Shown one piece after another: positions 53,781 to 62,898 of a stretch of 64,000 nt of DNA. Location: positions 40,242 through 104,241 of the forward strand of contig CALWLN010000214.1 in the NCBI GenBank assembly GCA_944381535.1. The letters are read 5' to 3'. This DNA comes from an uncultured Lachnospiraceae bacterium (lineage in GTDB: Bacteria > Bacillota > Clostridia > Lachnospirales > Lachnospiraceae). Both the position numbers and the translations under genes were made by a program. Below the pieces are notes generated by a model. It made no database searches, was not told the origin of the DNA, and saw nothing but the letters and a program-made list of their open reading frames with translations. Position 1 is the first letter of the stretch. Each line of letters starts with the position of its first letter.

Positions 53781-54095
53781 TCAAAATGAAAAATCTATCC
53801 CCTCCATCGTTTTCAACACAGCCTTTTTCACTCTCTCATGCAGGTATGCTTCATTCAGCTTACTCTTATTATACTTTAAATAGGAATCTTTCGTATAATT
53901 CACAAGTAGCGCCGTAAAAAATCTTTCCCAACTAAAATATTCCTGACTTTCAATATATTCTTCCGGATGACTTAAAATATCGCGAACCTCTTTGCCGTCA
54001 ATTATCCCTGATTCCAATATCAGCCATTCAAAAGATTCCGGCAAATAAATTTTCACAGAAGGTTTATGCAGCATAATCTGATATAATTCGTTCAT
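53781..54095 (-). CDS. Hypothetical 104-aa protein, coupled to the DUF4869 gene
   Basis: The ATG lies 1 nt after the upstream stop. The only feature I can name is the motif YLPESFEWLILESG. The gene is AT-rich. Confidence 0.5.
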   Translation of the reverse strand: MNELYQIMLHKPSVKIYLPESFEWLILESGIIDGKEVRDILSHPEEYIESQEYFSWERFFTALLVNYTKDSYLKYNKSKLNEAYLHERVKKAVLKTMEGIDFSF

Positions 54096-54096
54096 C

Positions 54097-54504
54097 TCAG
54101 AGCCTATCGCCGCACTCGGTATTCAGTATCACAGCGTCAAAAGTTCCCACAGAGCTGAAATCCATCACATGATGGAGATTGATAGTCAAATCCTTCCTTT
54201 TCCCCAGCTCTACAATCCATTTCGCACAGTTATCTCCACAAGCGGAGGCATTAAAAATCTTACCGCTGGTATCAAACGCCATCAGAATCAGCGTCTTTAC
54301 TCCACCGGAAATTTCCTTCGTTGAAATAGGGCCAAGCACCGGACTTTCAATCAAATGAACACCAACTACGTCCGACTTATCAATATCCTTTATCATTTTT
54401 ACGGCCAGAGGGTCCGTAATCCATTCATCCTCATACCGGTTGTCGAAGTAGGTAGGCGGATGATAGATGGAATTCGGAACATCCCCAAATACAATCTTTA
54501 ACAT
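54097..54504 (-). CDS. DUF4869 family protein
   Basis: MLKIVFGDVPNS...ISGGVKTLILM...ACGDNCAKWIVELGKRKDLTINL matches my memory of DUF4869. Start set at 54504 behind GAGGAG. There is no Walker A. Confidence 0.6.
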   Translation of the reverse strand: MLKIVFGDVPNSIYHPPTYFDNRYEDEWITDPLAVKMIKDIDKSDVVGVHLIESPVLGPISTKEISGGVKTLILMAFDTSGKIFNASACGDNCAKWIVELGKRKDLTINLHHVMDFSSVGTFDAVILNTECGDRL

Positions 54505-54581
54505 AATGTTCTCCTCTTTTCTGATCAGCTCTTTGATACACAGAATAATATGCTGCCACCTCACGAAGCAAGCACACCCCG

Positions 54582-55610
54582 CTACAAGTATTCCGGCATT
54601 TCTCCATGCTCCTTGATGTACCGGTAGGCCTTCTTAAGACTTTCCCTTGGCTCTATTTTTCTTTTCACAGCGATCTCATACTCCCGTATCCAGCAATCCG
54701 TCAAATCCCAGCAGTATAAATACCATAAAAGCACATATAAAGCCACTTCCTTGTTTTTCTCCCGGTAATTCTTCTTGAAATACGAAATCCCCTGGTCATA
54801 ATCGCACTGAGCCACATGAAGCATCAACACCAGCTTCACCAAATGATTTATGTTTTCATCGCGCCGGTATTCCTCACGGCTGTAATTGTAAGACCGTTTC
54901 TTCGCCGCAGCGGCGGCCTTCCCAACCTCCTCCATCTGCTGCTTCAGCCGGTCGGCTTCCTCAATGGCGATCTCCTTGGAATCCGGTGTTTTCAGAGCCC
55001 TTACCAGAACCCCCAGCAATTCGTCGGCCCCGGTTTCCCGATCAACCCCCTCTGTCATGGACAGCTTGATCCCCTCTCTGATGGCCTCACGGCTTAATTC
55101 ATGTTCAAAGCTTTTTTTAAGAGCGATTTCCAGCAGTTCCGTCTGTTCCATTCCTATGGAACGAAAAGGCGAGTCCGTATTAAAAATATAATAGTAGCAG
55201 GCGTAGGATACTGTGGCATACAGCTTGCCCAGCAATTCCGCCGCAATTTTCCCGTCCGCCCCCTGGGCTGGTACCTCCTGGAGGCTTTTTATATAGGATT
55301 TTACCTTGAAGCGCCATTTGGGACGCTCCTTCTTGGGAACCACCTGGTTCGGGGCAAAATAATAGCCTTTTTTCACATGAACCAGAAATTCTTCAATTTC
55401 TGCCCGCAAACTGCCAACATCCACCTGCTTTTTGGGAGACTTACCCGTTTTTTTCTCATGCAGAAGCTCCTTTCCGTCTTTGATCAGCGTATCAATTTCC
55501 TTATCCTCCTTCAGCCGCTTGGGTATGACCTTATACATCTCCACCACCAACAGCCGCAGGTCTTCCTCTTTATAATTTTTCAATATCTCTCTTAATTCTG
55601 AAACAAGCAT
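54582..55610 (-). CDS. Hypothetical 342-aa all-helical protein
   Basis: Its start overlaps the DUF4886 stop (TAATG). The sequence is Lys/Glu-rich. The N-terminal LSELREILKNYKEEDL resembles DUF6155-type proteins only loosely. Confidence 0.5.
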   Translation of the reverse strand: MLVSELREILKNYKEEDLRLLVVEMYKVIPKRLKEDKEIDTLIKDGKELLHEKKTGKSPKKQVDVGSLRAEIEEFLVHVKKGYYFAPNQVVPKKERPKWRFKVKSYIKSLQEVPAQGADGKIAAELLGKLYATVSYACYYYIFNTDSPFRSIGMEQTELLEIALKKSFEHELSREAIREGIKLSMTEGVDRETGADELLGVLVRALKTPDSKEIAIEEADRLKQQMEEVGKAAAAAKKRSYNYSREEYRRDENINHLVKLVLMLHVAQCDYDQGISYFKKNYREKNKEVALYVLLWYLYCWDLTDCWIREYEIAVKRKIEPRESLKKAYRYIKEHGEMPEYL

Positions 55611-56368
55611 TATGACTCCTCCCTGTTATCGCTTCGCAATTCACACGCTGTCAGCACCGCATGTACGGCCCGCCTGGCGATTTCCGCTTCTTCCTCGGAA
55701 ACAGGCTCATCAAAATCCCGGAAGGAATTCTTCCGCACGCTATTTCCCGTAAGCGCCCGATACCACAGCAGTCCCAGAGTATAGCGGCCCAGTCCCAGGG
55801 AGGCGTGAAAGGTATCCCGGTGCACGGTTTTTATCCCGTTTGCCAAAAGCTCCTGGAACACGGTTCCGGAGGGAATGATCCCCTTTGCCTCGACAGCTGC
55901 GGCCGCCTGCTCATAGGCCCCTTTCAGGTCCCGGTACATATCCTTCTGGTCCTTATATCCCAATTCTTCCGTCAGACGCTGGCTGCCCTGTTCATAAGCC
56001 CAGGTCTGGTGAATGAGCAGCTCCGCCCCAGGGCAGAGGCTTCTCACATATGCGGCAAGCTCATTTAAGTAGGGCTGGTAGCTGTCATACTGATGGCTCA
56101 GATGGCTCACCTGCTGTAGGGTCACATAATCCCATTCATTGGCAAGAAGGGCTTCCCGAATAGACACATAAAAGCCGGTGGTATATCCGTTGACCTCTAA
56201 GGAGTAGGCCTTTGCGTCTTTTTTCATATTCTCATAATGGAGGCTCAGAGGACAGCCTCCGATATAGAGGTTGACCGTCAAAAGATCACAGCCGTCCGCT
56301 CTGGCAATTTGATGAAGATAATGTGTTGCGTCCTGTGAAAAACTGTTTCCGATGGATAATACTTTCAT
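55610..56368 (-). CDS. DUF4886 / SGNH-hydrolase-like protein
   Basis: MKVLSIGNSFSQDATHYL is an SGNH block-I-like GNSFS motif. Start set at 56368 behind GGGAGG. Confidence 0.6.
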   Translation of the reverse strand: MKVLSIGNSFSQDATHYLHQIARADGCDLLTVNLYIGGCPLSLHYENMKKDAKAYSLEVNGYTTGFYVSIREALLANEWDYVTLQQVSHLSHQYDSYQPYLNELAAYVRSLCPGAELLIHQTWAYEQGSQRLTEELGYKDQKDMYRDLKGAYEQAAAAVEAKGIIPSGTVFQELLANGIKTVHRDTFHASLGLGRYTLGLLWYRALTGNSVRKNSFRDFDEPVSEEEAEIARRAVHAVLTACELRSDNREES

Positions 56369-56390
56369 GAATGCGATTCCTCCCTTCACA

Positions 56391-57983
56391 TCATACAACT
56401 GCTTCCACAATTTTTTTTCCCTGAACCGTAATGGATTTTATACCGACTTGTTTCTTTTTATTAAAATTAAAGCTTAACAAATATCCTGTATCCTTCTTAT
56501 AATAATCCAAATATTCCAGTAGTTGCTTCTCTCCCCGCTTATTATACTCATCCCCATGCCATATTTTCAATTCTATGACCTGCTGTTCTCCACGATAATC
56601 CACAATAATATCCGTCCGTTTTTTATCGCGTGTTCTGGCTTCTACATAATAATTACCCACACCATTGATAATCGGCTTTAAATACAGCAAGAATATTTTT
56701 CGTCCGTTTTCTTCAATAAATTTAGTATCATTTTCACCATATATTTCCGAAAAATGCTTTACAAATTTCTCTAAAACAGCCAGCATATTCAGACGGTCAT
56801 CTTTGATAAACATATTTTTATCCTGCAATCCAACTTGATATACCGCATTGCCGACCATCTCATCCGAAAGGAACAAGTTGTACATCCAGGTCTCAAAAAT
56901 ACGATTGGCCACCATGAGCGTTCCATTACTGTCTTTAAAAAATCCGAACATGGTTCCCATATCTATCAATACACTATAACGATTGTAGGGAAATGTGCTC
57001 CCCTGAAAAAGCATTTCCGATAATAATTTTCTTAAATCCGGATAGTCCTCCATTTTTTTTCGCAGATCATCAAATAACGTGTTGCTTTCATTAAGTAATA
57101 CTTTTACCGCCTGCGCAATTCCTTCCTCAGTCCAAAGCTTTGAAGGTTCCTCAAATCCCTTCATATTACATATCTTTGTATCCAAAAGCTGGCAGATCCG
57201 CGATACCAGATACGGATATCCACCGGTATAATCATACATCTCACGGCTGACAGCTTCCATATCCATTCCCGTATGGTGATCCGCCTCATACTCTTTCAAC
57301 ATACTAGAAATATCCCTCGCAGAAAAACTCATATCCACATCAAAATCCGCCGCAATATTCCACGGACTATTATATTTATGTTCCTCTTCTGACCGTAACT
57401 TTCTTTTTAAATTTCTTATGTCATATATCCCTGCCAGAATAACCGACTGAAAAGCAGGCATTCGATTCCGCTTTAGATATTGACTTCTTAAAATCGCCAA
57501 AAAATCCAGGAATACCTGATTGTTACTGGCACTGTCCACCTCGTCAATCATCAGCACGATTGGTTTCGGAGATATGCTGCACATATCGGTAAGCTGTCTT
57601 GACAATTCCACCAGATGACACTCTTCTTCTGGCCCATTCATAATATTTTTCATTGCCTGAATACTTTGCCTGAAATCAACATTCTGTGTTTCAAGTTCTG
57701 GAATCACAAGATATTTTAAAAATACTTTCACAAAAACTGCTTCCTCACAAAACGAGGCCGTCCCCAATCCTTCAAAGCTGACAAACAGGACCACATACTT
57801 ATCCCTTAGAGACATTCTTAACGCTTCCAGGGTCGTCGTTTTTCCATACTGTCTGCTCCGATTTATGGTAAAATAGTATCCCGCTTCAATCATTTTTTCA
57901 ATAGCTTTTAGCTTTTCTGAAATATCCACCATGTAATGATATTGTGGAATACATAACCCTGTCGTATTAAATTTTTTTTCCAT
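56391..57983 (-). CDS. Predicted AAA-ATPase (PF09820-like) fused to a PD-(D/E)XK nuclease (PDDEXK_9-like)
   Basis: Walker A-like RQYGKTTT, Walker B LMIDEVD, and a C-terminal RTDIIVDY...VIELKIW (D...ExK). The gene is very AT-rich. Start chosen at 57983 behind GGGAGA. Confidence 0.7.
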   Translation of the reverse strand: MEKKFNTTGLCIPQYHYMVDISEKLKAIEKMIEAGYYFTINRSRQYGKTTTLEALRMSLRDKYVVLFVSFEGLGTASFCEEAVFVKVFLKYLVIPELETQNVDFRQSIQAMKNIMNGPEEECHLVELSRQLTDMCSISPKPIVLMIDEVDSASNNQVFLDFLAILRSQYLKRNRMPAFQSVILAGIYDIRNLKRKLRSEEEHKYNSPWNIAADFDVDMSFSARDISSMLKEYEADHHTGMDMEAVSREMYDYTGGYPYLVSRICQLLDTKICNMKGFEEPSKLWTEEGIAQAVKVLLNESNTLFDDLRKKMEDYPDLRKLLSEMLFQGSTFPYNRYSVLIDMGTMFGFFKDSNGTLMVANRIFETWMYNLFLSDEMVGNAVYQVGLQDKNMFIKDDRLNMLAVLEKFVKHFSEIYGENDTKFIEENGRKIFLLYLKPIINGVGNYYVEARTRDKKRTDIIVDYRGEQQVIELKIWHGDEYNKRGEKQLLEYLDYYKKDTGYLLSFNFNKKKQVGIKSITVQGKKIVEAVV

Positions 57984-58142
57984 TTCCTTTTCTCCCATTT
58001 CCTTACGCACTGCCGAAGCTTACGCTTCGTTACATTCTCCTGTGAATGTCAACATTTTCTCATATTTTCAAGCAGAAATCAACACTAACCTGCCGGATCA
58101 GTGCGCACTGAAAAGAGCCCCAACAGGCTAAAGCCCATAAGT

Positions 58143-58180
58143 AAAAAAGCCAGAACCCTTGCTTTCACAAGAATTCTGGC
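58143..58180 (-). terminator. hsp20 terminator
   Basis: RNA: GCCAGAAUUCUUGUGAAAGCAAGGGUUCUGGC followed by U6. Confidence 0.75.
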
Positions 58181-58187
58181 ATTTGTT

Positions 58188-58640
58188 TTATCCTTCGATG
58201 GAGATGTAAGACTTCTTATCCTCCACCGCTTTCTTATCCTCTTTCGGAACGGTGAATTTCAGGATACCGTCCTCATACTTGGCGTGAATATCCTGCTCCG
58301 TCACATGTTCGCCCACATAGAAGCTGCGGCTCATGCCGCCGGCATAACGTTCACGCCTTACATATTTGCCCTTCTTATCCTCCTCATCCTTATCGAGGCC
58401 CTTGGCTGCGCTGATGGTCAGATATCCGTTTTCCAGGCTCATCTTTATCTCATCCTTCTTAAAGCCCGGCAGATCAATGTCTACCTCGTAGGTTCCGTCA
58501 TGGTCTCTTACATCCGTCTTCATCATATTCTTTGCGTGCTTTCCGTACAATTCCTTCTCAATATCCGGGAATGCCGGGAACGCAAATCCATCCATAAAGT
58601 CATCAAACAAACTTTCTCCAAAAATACTAGGTCTTAACAT
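58188..58640 (-). CDS. Hsp20/alpha-crystallin family small heat-shock protein
   Basis: 150 aa with the alpha-crystallin domain (MKTDVRDHDGTYEVDIDLPGFKKDEI...GILKFTVPK). Confidence 0.9.
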   Translation of the reverse strand: MLRPSIFGESLFDDFMDGFAFPAFPDIEKELYGKHAKNMMKTDVRDHDGTYEVDIDLPGFKKDEIKMSLENGYLTISAAKGLDKDEEDKKGKYVRRERYAGGMSRSFYVGEHVTEQDIHAKYEDGILKFTVPKEDKKAVEDKKSYISIEG

Positions 58641-58849
58641 AAGTCATATCTCCTTTCCTATTATCGTCCATCTTTCTGGACATCCAGGTACACCCTTGTG
58701 GTGTTTCCTCATTCGCGCCCTGCCATTTGAGCATTTAAGGTGTTTCATGAGATAAAAATTATTGTTTAGCACCATCGGAGAAATCCGAAGTGTCGTGTTA
58801 CAAACTTCGGGATTCGGATTTCCTTTTCCTCTTCCTTTGTTCTATATGT

Positions 58850-58878
58850 ACTATAGCACGTATTGTTAGCACTGTCAA
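58850..58878 (-). promoter_or_regulatory. Sigma-A promoter of hsp20
   Basis: TTGACA (58873-58878), a 17-nt spacer, then TATAGT (58850-58855). The -35 box lies inside the CIRCE spacer. Confidence 0.6.
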
Positions 58879-58892
58879 TAGGCGAGTGCTAA
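58866..58892. promoter_or_regulatory. CIRCE element (HrcA operator)
   Basis: TTAGCACTG-TCAATAGGC-GAGTGCTAA against the consensus TTAGCACTC-N9-GAGTGCTAA. There is one mismatch. Confidence 0.8.
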
Positions 58893-58983
58893 TTTTTTTG
58901 TGAAAAATCTGTGAATTTCGATTTTCTATAAGCCCATTGCCGTCAAGAGCGCAGCAGCAAGTTCTATCCTCCGAAACTGCCGC

Positions 58984-59949
58984 CTACGCATGGGACAGCA
59001 TCGGAAACATCTTCCGTTCCCAGGAAAATCCTTCCAGTTCCGCCCCCTTTACAAATACGGTGGTATCCTCCTCCCTGTACTCCCGGCATTCATAGCCCTT
59101 CGTGTCTCTGGGCGTAAAGCCCAGTGCCAGTTCCCGGAACCCTCCATTTCCGCCAAAGCAGGCCGCCACTTTCTCCGGGGTTATCTCCGCCTTTGCGTAA
59201 ATTTCATAAAGCACCAGAACCTCCGATTCCAGCTCTGCAATGGCATAGACATCCAGTTTTTCTATATAATAAACGCTATCCTTGAAAAACCCGGAGGCAT
59301 AGAACATTAAGAGGCCCAGATTATTGTTGGTGAAGCTTCCCTGGGTATGATAATTCTTTATCTTTTCCGCAAAGGCTATCCATTCCTCCGGCATTTCAAG
59401 AGGAACCTTCCTGACCTTCCCCTGTAAGTCTGCTTTCCATGAATTTTCGTTGCCTGCCAGGCTCTCCTCCCCTGCGCCGGTCAGATGAAACTTCTTATAA
59501 TACTGATATTCCTTCACCTGCCGAAATCCAAACCGGGGATAGAAATCAAGCACCGAATCATTGGCAAAGAGATATATCCCGTCCACCTTCCCCTCATACT
59601 CCTCAAAAATCCACTCCATCAGCCGGCGGCTCAGCCCCCGATTCCGGTATTCCTTATCTGTCATCACCGTACCAAGCTGCAGATAAAACCGCTCCTTCCC
59701 GTCCTTACAAAACCGCATATGATTTACCGCCACATTGGCAACCACCCGGCCGTTTTCCACCGCGGAATAGGGGATATAGTCCTCTCCCCAGAATCCTGCC
59801 CGGTACCAGGCCTCAAAGTCCAGGCCAAAGGTTTTCCCGGCCAGTTCATTGAAGGAGGCCCGCAGGATCGGATTCTCCTTATAGTCTTTTACAAATTCAA
59901 ATTTCCCAACTATAGATTCAAAACTCATCGTTTTCCTCCTATTGTTCAT
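58984..59949 (-). CDS. GNAT family N-acetyltransferase (two-domain, about 320 aa)
   Basis: Motif A is YRNRGLSRRLMEWI. A C-terminal extension follows. Confidence 0.7.
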   Translation of the reverse strand: MNNRRKTMSFESIVGKFEFVKDYKENPILRASFNELAGKTFGLDFEAWYRAGFWGEDYIPYSAVENGRVVANVAVNHMRFCKDGKERFYLQLGTVMTDKEYRNRGLSRRLMEWIFEEYEGKVDGIYLFANDSVLDFYPRFGFRQVKEYQYYKKFHLTGAGEESLAGNENSWKADLQGKVRKVPLEMPEEWIAFAEKIKNYHTQGSFTNNNLGLLMFYASGFFKDSVYYIEKLDVYAIAELESEVLVLYEIYAKAEITPEKVAACFGGNGGFRELALGFTPRDTKGYECREYREEDTTVFVKGAELEGFSWERKMFPMLSHA

Positions 59950-59987
59950 CTGTATAGAATGCCGGCTGAATTTTCAAATACTGATTT

Positions 59988-60989
59988 CTACCGCAGCCAG
60001 TAAACGCGATTCTCACACTCCACTTGAAACCCGAAATCAAGATACAGCCTCAATGCCTTCTCGTTGCCGCTGTCCACGATCAGATCCAGCGCCTCCATCC
60101 CCATAAGGCCAAAGCACCGGAATGCCAGATAGGAAAGTACCGCTCTTCCATACCCCCGACCCCGTTTATCCTCTTTTACCGCAATCAGCTCCGCCGTAGC
60201 ACGGCGGTTTCCGTGGGCGCAAAGCACGCTGAAGGCCGCGATCCGCTCTTCCTCAAGAAGCACAAAAACATGGTGATTCTTTCCCACATCCGCAATCACA
60301 TCCTGGCCGGAAATATAAATATCCGGAAAAATGCTGTCATGCAGGGCAATGTACTCTTCATACCGCTCCCCTGCCAGTACGCGGATTTCCACAGCCGACG
60401 GCTTCTTCTCTGAAACGGAAGTGCCGGAGTCCTCTTTTTTTCGGGTACCGGATACATCCCCCAGATCTTTCTTCGGCGCATCATCCACTTTGCCAGGTTC
60501 CTTCCCGCCGCAATTTGGGCATCCTCTATTCTCCCAGGCTTCTCTCCGTAACAGCAGAAGATACTCGTTCTCCTCCCGTTGGGCCCGTAAGCCCTCCAGA
60601 AATCTCCCGCACCTCTCATTTTCCCTGGGAAAATAAAAGTAATACCGCATCCCTTCCCGCTGCCCTCTCCGCGCTTCCCGTACCAGGGCTTTTGCCGCTT
60701 CCTCATAGTTCTCACACCGGGAATCCATCAAAAGAGCGCAGTCCGTCCGCATTTTCCCCTCATCCACATGCCAGCAGAGAACGCCCGCCAGGCGTTTCGG
60801 CTCAGCCTCATCATGGGCAGCGCTCCAGTAAGCCGCCAGGCGCCCCTTCGCCATCGCCTCCCGGAATTCTTCCAGTATGGCTTCCCTGCTTCCGGGACAG
60901 AACATGGAGGCCTCCTCTCTCCTTTGCTGTCTCTCATATGCAAACTCCACTACTACCGGAAGTTCCCGGTCCTCCACTAATTTTACCAT
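59988..60989 (-). CDS. GNAT family N-acetyltransferase with an unrecognised N-terminal domain
   Basis: C-terminal motif A is DKRGRGYGRAVLSYL. The start is uncertain: 60989 behind GAAGGGAG, versus 61070 in the ORF track. Confidence 0.6.
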   Translation of the reverse strand: MVKLVEDRELPVVVEFAYERQQRREEASMFCPGSREAILEEFREAMAKGRLAAYWSAAHDEAEPKRLAGVLCWHVDEGKMRTDCALLMDSRCENYEEAAKALVREARRGQREGMRYYFYFPRENERCGRFLEGLRAQREENEYLLLLRREAWENRGCPNCGGKEPGKVDDAPKKDLGDVSGTRKKEDSGTSVSEKKPSAVEIRVLAGERYEEYIALHDSIFPDIYISGQDVIADVGKNHHVFVLLEEERIAAFSVLCAHGNRRATAELIAVKEDKRGRGYGRAVLSYLAFRCFGLMGMEALDLIVDSGNEKALRLYLDFGFQVECENRVYWLR

Positions 60990-61094
60990 TTCCAATCTCC
61001 CTTCTTTCATCATTCCCGGACGAAGGGTACGCTTGATTCCGCTTCCTCTCACTTCAGCCAGCCTGCACAATCTGCCTGGAAATAAGTTCCCCTT

Positions 61095-62894
61095 CTAAAC
61101 AGGTATCGCAACATTTTTAAACTGCGCCATATAAAGCTCATAGTAATGGCCTTTCTTCGCCATCAATTCCGCCGGGCTTCCCTGCTCTAAGATTCCGCCC
61201 TTATCAATGACAAAAATCCGGTCCGCCTTCTGAATGGTGGACAGCCGGTGGGCAATCACAAAGCTGGTCCTGCCCTTAAGAAGCGCCTCAATTCCCTGCT
61301 GCACCAGAAGTTCCGTGTGGGTATCAATGCTGGAGGTGGCCTCATCCAGAATCAGGATCCTTGGCATGCTCACCATGGTTCTGGCAAAGGCTATGAGCTG
61401 CCTCTGCCCGATGGACAGACCGGCCCCCCGCTCCTTCAAAGGTGTGTCGTAGCCTTTCTCCATTTTCATGATGAACTCATGGGCGTTCACCGCCCTGGCC
61501 GCCTGCTCAATCTCCTCATCGGTGGCGTCAAGCTTCCCGTAGGCAATATTTTCCCGTACGGTTCCCTGGAAAATGAAATTATCCTGGGTCATAACCCCCA
61601 TCTGCCGCCGCAGGCTGTCCATGGACACCTTCTGAATATCATACCCGTCAATGAGAATCTGACCCTTCTGAATATCGTAAAACCGGCTGATCAGATTTAC
61701 AATGGTGGTCTTTCCCGCCCCAGTGGGACCAACCAGCGCAATGGTCTCCCCCGGCGCAATGGTAAAGCTCACATCTTCAAGGACCTTTGTCTCCGCAGGC
61801 GTCCCCTGGTCATAAGTAAAGGACACATGAGAAAATTCCACTTTTCCCTGAATATCGGGAAGTTCCTCCACACCGTCGTCATCCACAATGTCCGGCCTGG
61901 TATCCAGAATGTCAAAAATCCGCTCCGCAGCCGTTAAATTGGTGACCACCTGATTATAAAAATTGCTTAAGTTCATCACCGGCGTCCAGAACATGCTGAT
62001 ATAGGTGCCAAATACCACCAGGGTTCCCACCGACACATACTCCGCGCCGATGAGCTGAATCCCGGCCCAATAGAGAATCATAGCCCCAAGCCCCCAACAG
62101 AGATCCACCGCCGGGCCGAACATATCCGACAGGCGCACCGCGTTTCCAAAGGCCTTCCGGTGCTCCTCCACCAGCCCGTCATAGATTTCCTGGGTCTCCT
62201 CCTCAGCCCGGAAGCTCTGGACCACGTTCATGCCCGCAATATCCTCATGGACATAGGCGTTTAAGTTGGAGGCTTTTTTCCGGAAAATCTGCCACCGCTT
62301 ATGGGAGCTTTTCTGGATGAACCAGATGGCGGCAATCATCAGCGGAAGACTGCTTAAGGAGGCCAGCGCCAGCTTCCAGTCCTTTATCAGCATGATGACC
62401 ACCACCCCGCAGATGGTGATAAAATCCGGTATCAGAGTGGTCACCGAGTTGCTCAGTACATTTTTCAAAGCATTCACATCCCCGATGATCCGGGCCAGGA
62501 TTTTCCCGGTGGGCCGACTGTCAAAAAAGGAAAAAGACAGGGTCTGAATGTGTACATACAGCTCCTGGCGGATGTCCAGAAGAATCTGGTTGGACACCTT
62601 GGCCATCACATACATCCGCGCCTTCACCATCACGATAAAAATAAGATTCAACACCAGCGCCAGCACCGCCAACCGGTACAGACCGGGGAAATCCCGGTTG
62701 GCAATATTTACGTCGATGGCCCGCTCGATCAGCAGCGGATTTATCAGAGAAACCGCCACGGTAATGGCCATGCAGAACAGCACGCCCACCACCTGGGGCT
62801 TAAATTTGAAAAGATAGGAAAACAGCCGTTTCAGCGTCTGGGCCTTTCCCATGCTGCCAACGTGTTCGTCCTCCCGGTAGGAATCTACTGCCAT
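61095..62894 (-). CDS. ABC exporter, fused permease/ATPase (type I exporter, MdlB/LmrD-like)
   Basis: Six-TM domain plus an NBD with Walker A GPTGAGKTT, signature LSIGQRQ and Walker B ILILDEAT. Confidence 0.9.
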   Translation of the reverse strand: MAVDSYREDEHVGSMGKAQTLKRLFSYLFKFKPQVVGVLFCMAITVAVSLINPLLIERAIDVNIANRDFPGLYRLAVLALVLNLIFIVMVKARMYVMAKVSNQILLDIRQELYVHIQTLSFSFFDSRPTGKILARIIGDVNALKNVLSNSVTTLIPDFITICGVVVIMLIKDWKLALASLSSLPLMIAAIWFIQKSSHKRWQIFRKKASNLNAYVHEDIAGMNVVQSFRAEEETQEIYDGLVEEHRKAFGNAVRLSDMFGPAVDLCWGLGAMILYWAGIQLIGAEYVSVGTLVVFGTYISMFWTPVMNLSNFYNQVVTNLTAAERIFDILDTRPDIVDDDGVEELPDIQGKVEFSHVSFTYDQGTPAETKVLEDVSFTIAPGETIALVGPTGAGKTTIVNLISRFYDIQKGQILIDGYDIQKVSMDSLRRQMGVMTQDNFIFQGTVRENIAYGKLDATDEEIEQAARAVNAHEFIMKMEKGYDTPLKERGAGLSIGQRQLIAFARTMVSMPRILILDEATSSIDTHTELLVQQGIEALLKGRTSFVIAHRLSTIQKADRIFVIDKGGILEQGSPAELMAKKGHYYELYMAQFKNVAIPV

Positions 62895-62898
62895 GCTC

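Noticed and set aside
58761-58800. A possible second CIRCE half-site (TTAGCACC) in the hsp20 leader
   Set aside because: The right arm (GAAGTGTCG) does not match GAGTGCTAA, and the spacing is wrong.
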